DNA from: Muribaculaceae bacterium
Lineage (GTDB): Bacteria; Bacteroidota; Bacteroidia; Bacteroidales; Muribaculaceae
Direction: 5' to 3'
Assembly: GCA_017478265.1 (NCBI GenBank)
Contig: JAFVDY010000011.1
Location: forward strand, 1 to 43,422
Length of the DNA stretch: 43,422 nucleotides
The notes beneath the pieces were generated by a model. That model was given only the letters and a program-made list of their open reading frames with translations. It did no database searches and had not been told where the DNA came from. Numbering within the stretch: the first letter of the stretch is position 1; each line of letters opens with the position of its first letter. Of the stretch, positions 1 through 7,474 are shown in pieces. The position numbers and the translations under genes are program-made.

Positions 1-749
1 ACCAGACGTGCAGTACTAGGACTTTTAAGGCGGTTATAGATAAATGCCCACCCTTTCTCCTTGATTATGTCTTTTTCTGTTTTTTGAGTTGGAACGCCCT
101 CTATATCCTGTTCTTTTATTTTTGGGTCAACTTTTTCTTCGCCACTTGATATCTTTGTGAGTTTCAATTTGGCCTTATCCCCACTATGAGCATAATCGAT
201 GCCTTCACCAATAAGCATATCACCATTAGAAGCGATTTTAAGTGTTATCACTAACTGTTTACCTGAAATATCGCCAACGAAATGCAATGTGTCATTCTGT
301 ATTGTTCCGGTCAAAGGTATTCGAGTATCGTATTTTAGATTGGTATAGGCACAACTTTCTAAATTCATCCCATTCTTCTCAAATTCCAACTTGCAAGGTT
401 GGGCAGAATGTCTGCTTGATTCCCAATTGCCCTTGAAAGTGTAATGCCCATCAGCAAGAAGGCTATCTATTCTTATTTCATTGACTTCCTCTCTTTCTGT
501 TCCATTGGCCTTATTAAAGAAATAATAGCCACCACCTGCAATAAGAGCCACTAATAATGCGATGATACCATACAACCATTTGCGGAAACGTCCGCCTTTC
601 TTGTTTTCATAATAAAAAGGTTGTCCCGGCGGTGTCACTTGATGAATATGAGGTTCCGTTCCCTTCGTGGTCGGACAGCCACACTTCGGACATTTCGTCG
701 CCTTGTCCGAAATCATGTGCCCACATTCAGTACATTTTATTAGTGCCAT
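1..749 (-). CDS. Zinc-ribbon domain membrane-anchored protein (3' end runs off the window; absent from the ORF track)
   Basis: ATG at 749 translates MALIKCTECGHMISDKATKCPKCGCP..., then a TM segment WLYGIIALLVALIAGGGYYFF. The frame stays open to the window edge. Its N-terminus is paralogous to that of 894..2390. Confidence 0.85.
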   Translation of the reverse strand, partial: MALIKCTECGHMISDKATKCPKCGCPTTKGTEPHIHQVTPPGQPFYYENKKGGRFRKWLYGIIALLVALIAGGGYYFFNKANGTEREEVNEIRIDSLLADGHYTFKGNWESSRHSAQPCKLEFEKNGMNLESCAYTNLKYDTRIPLTGTIQNDTLHFVGDISGKQLVITLKIASNGDMLIGEGIDYAHSGDKAKLKLTKISSGEEKVDPKIKEQDIEGVPTQKTEKDIIKEKGWAFIYNRLKSPSTARL

Positions 750-805
750 AATAAAAAAAATATTTTTGTTTCATTAATAATGTGATTATTGTGCAGAAGT
801 GAATA

Positions 806-883
806 TTAGTAATCAAACCAAGATACGACACCTACGAGAATTGCCATAAGAGCTAAGATGAAGCTTGTTATTTCAAGAATCAT
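806..883 (-). CDS. Candidate 25-aa hydrophobic microprotein MILEITSFILALMAILVGVVSWFDY
   Basis: ATG lies 10 nt after the stop of 894..2390 in an AT-rich initiation context. Single TM-like stretch; TAA at 806-808. Confidence 0.45.
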   Translation of the reverse strand: MILEITSFILALMAILVGVVSWFDY

Positions 884-893
884 AATATAATAT

Positions 894-2390
894 TTAGTTT
901 TCGTCTGTTTCTACAAAATTTACCTCAAACACAAAGGAATCATACTTAGAGCCATAAGCAGCACCCCAATTTATCCAAAAGAAATCACTGTTGTCGTCCC
1001 CGTGATAACTTTTACCATATCTTTCTCTTATCTGTTTGCGAGTAATCGTTTTATCACAATTAGAGTCAAAAATGTATGCCCAAAAACCATTATCTTCCGA
1101 ATATGGTAACATTTGACATCTATAGCTCTTTAATGTCCACACTTTTCCTTGAGGTACATGTATAATTTTTGTAGAATAATCAGCTGTTCGACCATCAGAT
1201 TTCGCTCCGTAATTGCCCGTGACGTTTTGATATGGTTCTTTTTTAAAATAAACGGTTACTATTCTCTCATTAGTAGCCCCTAATGGAGAATGATGATAAT
1301 CTTCTATTTCTTCGTATTCCTTCCTTTGTTCCAACGAATCTAAATAAGTTCTATAGTTATCCATAGCTTTTATTTCTGCTTTCAGACATCGTGCTTTGAG
1401 TTCCTCAGAGAAAGTGTCATTTCCTTTCAAGTCTACATATCCGTAATGCCTTATTGAGGGATTATATACTGTTCCGTCTGTTCCGTCTGTATAATGTCCC
1501 TCTTCAGGTTCTTCTAACACAACAAGTATAACTCCATTTGAGGAAAAAGGTCTATCAGTATTATCTTTATCCCTGTCATAAGCCATTTCGTCATATTTAG
1601 CCGAAATCAAAACCTTCCCAACGGAATCTTTTACACCATATTTTTTACGACAAACATAGTCTTCCACTTCACCAACACCGTTAGTTTCTTCGACAAATAC
1701 GGAATTAGAACTTTTGACACTTATCTTTTGTATAGAGTCTTTCTCTTCCCAAGATATTGTTTCCAATTTATTTCCATGCTTATCATAGACATCATGTTTA
1801 TAATCTGATGTGGGGAGATATATCTTCCCTTCAATAAAATAGGGCATTTGGTGACTTTCGGAAAATTCGGGATCCCAATTAAAACCACTTCTTTTGAATA
1901 CAACATTGCCTTCTGTATCTATTACTGAAAATTCGGCATTTTCCATAACACCATGAGCGACAAAGGCTAACCCTTCAGAAAAACGTCCAACGTAATAAGC
2001 ATCGATATTAACGGGTATTACTTCTTCGCCTTTGGCATTGATATACCCCCATTTTTCTCCTTTTCTTACTGCTGCATATCCTTCACTGAATATGCCAAGT
2101 TCGTCATATTTTTCTATGGCTTTAATAAATTCGGGAGTAAGTTCCACAATTGCATCTTTGTCGCTTCCAACATCATCAAACTTTGAATAAGCATAATATC
2201 CTCCACCGCCTATAAGACAAAGCAGAGCAACAATCAAAGCCCATATCCAACCTTTCTTTTTCTTTGGTTCTTCGTATATCACTTCTTCTTGGGCTGCACC
2301 AAGACTTTCTATTGGACATCCGCAATTCGGACAAGCAGAGGCCTTATCCGAAACCTCATGCCCACATTCGTTACATTTGATTAGTGCCAT
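894..2390 (-). CDS. Zinc-ribbon + TM + WG-repeat protein
   Basis: N-terminal CNEC...CPNC, TM WIWALIVALLCLIGGGGYY, WG-repeat motifs (FSEGYAAVRKGEKWGYIN, FSEGLAFV, YGYVDLKGN). Confidence 0.85.
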   Translation of the reverse strand: MALIKCNECGHEVSDKASACPNCGCPIESLGAAQEEVIYEEPKKKKGWIWALIVALLCLIGGGGYYAYSKFDDVGSDKDAIVELTPEFIKAIEKYDELGIFSEGYAAVRKGEKWGYINAKGEEVIPVNIDAYYVGRFSEGLAFVAHGVMENAEFSVIDTEGNVVFKRSGFNWDPEFSESHQMPYFIEGKIYLPTSDYKHDVYDKHGNKLETISWEEKDSIQKISVKSSNSVFVEETNGVGEVEDYVCRKKYGVKDSVGKVLISAKYDEMAYDRDKDNTDRPFSSNGVILVVLEEPEEGHYTDGTDGTVYNPSIRHYGYVDLKGNDTFSEELKARCLKAEIKAMDNYRTYLDSLEQRKEYEEIEDYHHSPLGATNERIVTVYFKKEPYQNVTGNYGAKSDGRTADYSTKIIHVPQGKVWTLKSYRCQMLPYSEDNGFWAYIFDSNCDKTITRKQIRERYGKSYHGDDNSDFFWINWGAAYGSKYDSFVFEVNFVETDEN

Positions 2391-2400
2391 ATCATCCTAT

Positions 2401-3720
2401 TTATTTCCTCTGATACTCGAAAGTTCTTTTTGCTGACGATCTTAATAAATACTTCTCCAAACTCATATCGTAACCGGTTCTGTCAGGTGTCCCTTCACCT
2501 ACAGAAATTGATTCTTTGTCGCCGGTGCTGTTATCTATATGATAAAAGCCTCTATACTTTTCCCATTTAATCGTGTTGCTATTTGTTACTCTTGCATCTC
2601 TTACATCTCCATACGCATCATAGTAATAAATGACATCGTAATTTTTAGAAGTGTGACTATTCATTTCAATAAATCGTCCTCTTTCCAATTTACCGTAACA
2701 TACATCGCCAATCATTTTAAAGCCAAATTTCGTTGGGATCCTTGTAGAGCCGGAACCTGTTTTATACATTACAAAATTGCCATTTGGATATCCATCATCA
2801 TCAAAGTTTATTACAGCATATCTTCCATTGCTACTGTATTCCCATTGTCCTACTTGATAATCGTTCTTAAAGTGTCCTTTCGCATAGAACCCATTACTTC
2901 CCTTAAATTCAAAATTTCCATCAAAAATACGAGCCCCATCAGGCCTTTCAATATACTGATATTTTGCTTTCCCATATTCTTTTGTTAATCCAAATGCGGA
3001 AAACTCACCTTCGTATGTTTTGTGATTAGTAAGCTGTTCCCATTTATACTCCTTTTTTTCTTTTTGCGATTCAGTTGAACTATCAGATAGCCACCTTGCA
3101 CTCACACTGACACCAAAACTATCACCCTCAACATTTAATAAAACAGAAAGGACTATCTCCGATTCACAAGTTTCACCATTTGCTGAGATAGCAGGAGACC
3201 AATTGGGCATCCTTGATATTGCCGATAGAACACGATCGTTTATGAAATTATCTGATGTGCCTTTTACTATATGTGGTTTTTTTACACTTCCGTTCTTCGT
3301 GATCGTTAATGAAATTTCAACAAGTCCCCCCTTGTTTTCTATTACACTCTCCCAAAAACTTAACCCTTCAGTTTTATTGGGATTATAATAATTCATAAAC
3401 CAATGGCCTATTCCTTTCGCATTTCCCACAAAAGATGGTTTAATTTGAGGATTTTGCCCATAGGAACTCATAGAAGAAAGAATAAGGGTAATAAACAAAA
3501 TAATCAAACCTTTTGGCCCATATTTGTTTCTTGACATCTGTTTCTTTCTCTCTGCATCATTTATTTCATCAAACTTATCGCTTGTAGGTTGTTGTGGTTG
3601 AGGCGTTTTGCTCCTTATGTTGGATGTCTTGCAATTCGGGCATTCGCTTTCTGTTGCATAGAAAACTTTTCCGCACGTTGTGCATCTTACTTCTTTACTA
3701 ATAACTTTTGAATCTACCAT
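2401..3720 (-). CDS. Zinc-ribbon + TM/signal + TonB C-terminal-like domain + MORN-like repeat protein
   Basis: CTTC...CPNC, hydrophobic LIILFITLILSS, TonB_C-like segment (VEISLTITKNGSVKKPHIVKG...RMPNWSPA), MORN-like KGHFKNDYQVGQWEY. ATG at 3720 preferred over TTG at 3729. Confidence 0.75.
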   Translation of the reverse strand: MVDSKVISKEVRCTTCGKVFYATESECPNCKTSNIRSKTPQPQQPTSDKFDEINDAERKKQMSRNKYGPKGLIILFITLILSSMSSYGQNPQIKPSFVGNAKGIGHWFMNYYNPNKTEGLSFWESVIENKGGLVEISLTITKNGSVKKPHIVKGTSDNFINDRVLSAISRMPNWSPAISANGETCESEIVLSVLLNVEGDSFGVSVSARWLSDSSTESQKEKKEYKWEQLTNHKTYEGEFSAFGLTKEYGKAKYQYIERPDGARIFDGNFEFKGSNGFYAKGHFKNDYQVGQWEYSSNGRYAVINFDDDGYPNGNFVMYKTGSGSTRIPTKFGFKMIGDVCYGKLERGRFIEMNSHTSKNYDVIYYYDAYGDVRDARVTNSNTIKWEKYRGFYHIDNSTGDKESISVGEGTPDRTGYDMSLEKYLLRSSAKRTFEYQRK

Positions 3721-3776
3721 GAGTACCAATAGTTTTATGCACCCATGACCCGAAAGTGCGGTTGTTATTACGTTTA

Positions 3777-3999
3777 AGACATAAAATAGAAAAGCGGAGT
3801 CAACATCTTCTCATCCGCTGCGTAAGGTTGGACTCCTTGTAATACAGATAAGTAGAATGAGCAACTCCACTTGGCTGTATTTCGTATTAAAACGAATACG
3901 TACCAAGAAGAGCGTCCTTCTTCTTACTCCTATATTACTTTTGTAAGTGTCCAATTTACGCAGTAGGAATAAGCGAAATGCGCTTTCTTCAATATGTCT
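3777..3999 (-). ncRNA. Putative long structured 5' leader RNA (rod-like imperfect hairpin)
   Basis: Nested complementary arms 3777-3783/3993-3999, 3788-3796/3981-3988, 3810-3833/3949-3973, 3839-3847/3930-3938, 3870-3875/3902-3907 and 3883-3888/3895-3900. Several mismatches become G-U pairs on the minus strand. Confidence 0.55.
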
Positions 4000-4030
4000 G
4001 CCAAAAGAGCCTATTAAGGCAATATGGCAC

Positions 4031-4040
4031 TGCAAAGATA
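4031..4040 (-). promoter_or_regulatory. Bacteroidetes housekeeping promoter -7 element (TAnnTTTG)
   Basis: Minus strand reads TATCTTTGCA directly upstream of the structured leader. Confidence 0.6.
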
Positions 4041-4245
4041 CAAAAACTTTTTCAACTACCACCATTAGCGGTGTTAAATTTTCCAAAGAGGATGAATAAA
4101 CTGCCTGCTACGATGAATTTTACTTGCGTCTTGTAACTAAAAAGGCACTCTTTACGAGTGCCAAATTTCCCTGTTCCATTTTTTTTGAGCAATAGCCATC
4201 CCTTCGATACTTGTGGGTAAGGAGAGCTGAGGAGGATGGGGCAAA

Positions 4246-4285
4246 GGGGAGATACCTGCGCCACTAAGCGTAGGCAGGACTCCCC
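4246..4285. other. GC-rich hairpin just downstream of the recombinase remnant
   Basis: Outer stem GGGGAG...CTCCCC and inner stem CCTGCGC/GCGTAGG. Confidence 0.4.
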
Positions 4286-4292
4286 CAAGGGG

Positions 4293-4397
4293 CTACAAGT
4301 TAAAGTCTTTCTTCACTCGCTGCACGGTGCTAACGCTTTTCTCTGTCAGCTTGGCTGTCACTCGGATGGAGTAGCCTTTCTTCAGATAGTTAATGGA
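4293..4397 (-). pseudogene. C-terminal HTH remnant of a serine recombinase (resolvase/invertase family)
   Basis: Reads SINYLKKGYSIRVTAKLTEKSVSTVQRVKKDFNL*, which resembles the resolvase C-terminal HTH. An in-frame TAG lies immediately upstream (4398-4400); no start codon or catalytic domain. Confidence 0.65.
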
Positions 4398-4664
4398 CTA
4401 TGCCAAGTTGGAATACGAAAAGATGAATTAGTTATTACCATAGTGTATTGCGTTTATTGTATTCAAAGAATCTATAGCTAAGGTACGAAAAATATCTGAC
4501 ATTCGGGAATCCCGCAAGCTAAAGAATCTTAAGACGTTATGCTGATTTCTTACAGTCTGATTTGGCTATTTGGTGGATTTGAATTATATTTGCTTTTGGG
4601 GTATTCAACATTATGTGAGAGGATGGACAGCACACGAACTGTATTCCATATTTTATGAAAGGAA

Positions 4665-4708
4665 AAAGAGAATAAAGAAGAATAAAAGAGAATAAAAGAG
4701 AATAAAAG
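4665..4708. repeat. Short tandem repeat of AATAAAAGAG-like 10-mers
   Basis: aaagag aataaagaag aataaaagag aataaaagag aataaaag. Confidence 0.7.
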
Positions 4709-4709
4709 T

Positions 4710-4747
4710 AACCGGGGAGCGACGCGTAGCGTGTCGCTCCCCGGTTT
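4710..4747 (-). terminator. Intrinsic terminator of the TonB-receptor/PepSY-like operon
   Basis: Inverted repeat AACCGGGGAGCGAC/GTCGCTCCCCGGTT followed on the minus strand by a T-rich tract. Confidence 0.8.
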
Positions 4748-4773
4748 GTTGTGTGGGATGATAAGGCGACGGA

Positions 4774-5292
4774 TCAATCGTCGACAACCATCAGTTGGCC
4801 TTGCGGAGTAAATTTGAGGTCGAGGTCGTTGGCGAGTTCGATTTCGTAGCCGTAGGGCGACTTGTCGATTTTGGTGATGGGAGCGCCTCCGTAGTTAGCT
4901 TTGACGTAGGAGGCGATGTTTTGCGGCACGAGAGCCGCGGGCACTGGTGCCATTTTGTGGCAGTCGACTTTTTTCCATTGTCCGTCGGCCGCGAATTCGA
5001 GTTCGGTGCCGTCGCTCAGGTGCACATCGAAGTGCATGACACCGTCGTCGTAGTCGGGAATCGCGCTTACCACGTTCTTACCCTTGAAAGTCTGTTGGAT
5101 AAAATCGGTGGCTACAGTAGGCAGTTGTGCCGGCTGTGCCGCCGGAGCTGCTTGAGAGGGTGCTACGGGCGCTACCGCTTGACTTGGCACCGGTTGCTGC
5201 GCTGTAGCAGCCGGCTGTTGGTTGGCATTGTTGCCGCCACATGAGGCCAATGCTATGGCCGCCAGGCTAATAAGGAAAATGTTTTGTTTCAT
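4774..5292 (-). CDS. PepSY-like (DUF2874-type) periplasmic lipoprotein
   Basis: Lipobox ALASC, Ala/Pro/Gln linker, two repeats of the type ELEFAADGQWKKVD / YEIELANDLDLKF. Confidence 0.85.
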   Translation of the reverse strand: MKQNIFLISLAAIALASCGGNNANQQPAATAQQPVPSQAVAPVAPSQAAPAAQPAQLPTVATDFIQQTFKGKNVVSAIPDYDDGVMHFDVHLSDGTELEFAADGQWKKVDCHKMAPVPAALVPQNIASYVKANYGGAPITKIDKSPYGYEIELANDLDLKFTPQGQLMVVDD

Positions 5293-5328
5293 ATAATTTC
5301 AGTTATTTAAAATGTTAAAAGTTCATCG

Positions 5329-7470
5329 TCAGGAGTTGAACAGCGGGAATGAGAGTTTGATTACCACATTGGTGCCCATATTGTAGACCCCTTGTCGGCC
5401 CGTAACCGGGTTAATTGGAGCGTACTTAAGCCGGCTGAGATGGTTTTGGTACACCTTGTTGGTAAGGTTGTTGACCAGCAGGGCGATTGTGGCGATGCGG
5501 CGTCCGCGGTAACTTAAATCCGTTCCGGCCGAGAAGTTGAGCAAGGCATAGGCCGGCGTGGCCGTTTCGGTGTTACCCGCCTCGCGATAGTGGCTTTGGC
5601 GGAAGTTGTAGTCGAGCGATAGGGCCACGTAGGCATTGTTGAACACTTTATTCTCGTGACCATGAGTGATTTCCCATTTGAGGTCGGTTAGCCATCGTGG
5701 TGCGGGCGTGAACGGCAGGTAACGGCTCTCTTGCGGCTGATGCAGTTGAATGGCGTCGACGAGCGACAGCGAAGTGGAGAGGTGCACGGCGTGGATAGGG
5801 TGGAAGTCGACGAAAAATTCTCCGCCCATTAGTCGTGCTGTGCCTTGCCGATAGGAGTATAGCGGGAGGTCGTCGATAATCACATCCGGCACTCGCTCAA
5901 GGAAGATGAAGTTGCTCACGCGGTTGAAGAAGAGCGCCAGTTGCAGCGACATCCACGAGTTGGCGTAGTCGAGGCCGAGGTCGGCCTGAAAGCTGTACTC
6001 CGGCTTGAGGTTGCTGTCGCCCCGCTCGTAACGCAGAGTGCCCTCATGCACGCCGTTGGAGGCGAGTTCGCTGATGTTTGGCGTACGGAATCCGCGAGAG
6101 ATGTTCGCCTTGATGCTGAGGTCGGAGTTGATGTTGAAAACAGCACCGGCGCTGGCTGTAAACCCTCCGAAATTGCGCTTGAATCCCGCGAAACGCAGTT
6201 CGCCGTCGTCGAGCGGATTGCTGACGAGGTGTCGCGTGTCGTAGCGTATGCCCGCGTTGACGCTCCATCGCTCCCATCGCTTGCCCGCTGTGGCGAAGAC
6301 GCCGAAGTCGAAGATGTGATAATCTGGAATCAGAAACTCATCGCCGGCGTTGCGCGAGAGTTGCCACATACCCGCCACACCGGCTGTGTAAGAGAAGCCG
6401 TTACGCTCGGCGGCGGCAAAGTGTACGTTATAGTTGACGGTGTGGAGCTTAAAGAATAGCCCGTAGAGGTTAGGCATATCCGGCTCCTCAAACTCCTTGC
6501 GGCGGTTGTGCTGGTAGCCAATCAAGGCGTTGATCGCACCGGCGTCGCCGATACGGAATCGGTTGTCGGTCACCACCTTGTAGTGGTAAATTTGCTGGTA
6601 TGGCATACCGTGGCTGTAGGTGCAGACCTTGCCCTCTGGCCGCAGCAACTCGCCGGTGACCTCATCTCGTTCGCCCTCGACTATTGAAGGCGTCTGGTGG
6701 AAGAAAGAGAGTGTGAGCCATGAGTGGCCCCAACCGCGGTTGATGCCGCCGAAGAGCCGCGCCGCGCGCTCGGCGAATTGCGAGTTGGGCACGATGCCGT
6801 CGCGACGATTGCGATAGGCGTGGGCGTACTTGTCGCTAAATCGAATGTCCCACACGTTGCCACGCCGGTTACCGCCCCAGTTAAGGGTGTAGCACAGCAA
6901 CCCGTTGTTGGACTGATACTGCGCGGCCACCTCGCCGTGCATTTTGCCCGGCGCCGACACCGGCATGGCGTTGAACTTGATAACACCGGCGAGGGCGTCG
7001 CTGCCATAGACCAGACTTGCCGGCCCCTTGAGCACCTCGACGCTTGAGATGCCGTTGCCGTCGATTTCGATGCCGTGTTCGTCGCCCCACTGCTGTCCTT
7101 CCTGGCGAATACCGTCGTTCACGACCACTATGCGGTTATATCCCAAGCCGCGGATTACGGGCTTGGAGATGGCGCCGCCTGTGGTAACCTGAGCGACACC
7201 CGGAAGCGTGGCGATGGCATCGATGGCGTTGGTGGCGCCGATGCCGTACATCTCGCGGGCTGTGATTACGCTCACGGCTCCTGAGGCGTCGCGCAGGCGT
7301 GTGGCGCCTGTCGAGCCGGTTACAATCACCTCTTTAAGGTCGAGGTGGTGGCGAAAGATGTCGTCGCCGGAGAGGCTATCGAGCTCGTTGTCGGCCGGTT
7401 GCGCCTGTGCGCCGGCGGCGAGCGCGGCCACCGCGAGGGCGGCCGATATGATTGAACGTAAAGGTTTCAT
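5329..7470 (-). CDS. TonB-dependent outer-membrane receptor (possibly metal uptake)
   Basis: Signal peptide, EVIVTG TonB-box-like segment, plug motifs (KPVIRGLG, WGDEHG, VEVLKGPASLVYGSDA), barrel motifs (GFRTPNISEL, LKPE, NNLTNKVY). Confidence 0.92.
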   Translation of the reverse strand: MKPLRSIISAALAVAALAAGAQAQPADNELDSLSGDDIFRHHLDLKEVIVTGSTGATRLRDASGAVSVITAREMYGIGATNAIDAIATLPGVAQVTTGGAISKPVIRGLGYNRIVVVNDGIRQEGQQWGDEHGIEIDGNGISSVEVLKGPASLVYGSDALAGVIKFNAMPVSAPGKMHGEVAAQYQSNNGLLCYTLNWGGNRRGNVWDIRFSDKYAHAYRNRRDGIVPNSQFAERAARLFGGINRGWGHSWLTLSFFHQTPSIVEGERDEVTGELLRPEGKVCTYSHGMPYQQIYHYKVVTDNRFRIGDAGAINALIGYQHNRRKEFEEPDMPNLYGLFFKLHTVNYNVHFAAAERNGFSYTAGVAGMWQLSRNAGDEFLIPDYHIFDFGVFATAGKRWERWSVNAGIRYDTRHLVSNPLDDGELRFAGFKRNFGGFTASAGAVFNINSDLSIKANISRGFRTPNISELASNGVHEGTLRYERGDSNLKPEYSFQADLGLDYANSWMSLQLALFFNRVSNFIFLERVPDVIIDDLPLYSYRQGTARLMGGEFFVDFHPIHAVHLSTSLSLVDAIQLHQPQESRYLPFTPAPRWLTDLKWEITHGHENKVFNNAYVALSLDYNFRQSHYREAGNTETATPAYALLNFSAGTDLSYRGRRIATIALLVNNLTNKVYQNHLSRLKYAPINPVTGRQGVYNMGTNVVIKLSFPLFNS

Positions 7471-7474
7471 ATTA

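Noticed and set aside
242-436. 64-aa plus-strand ORF
   Set aside because: Antisense to the zinc-ribbon gene that starts at 749.
3811-4481. ORFs 3811-4086, 4052-4288 and 4236-4481
   Set aside because: They overlap a promoter, the structured leader and the antisense of the recombinase remnant, with no coding signatures.
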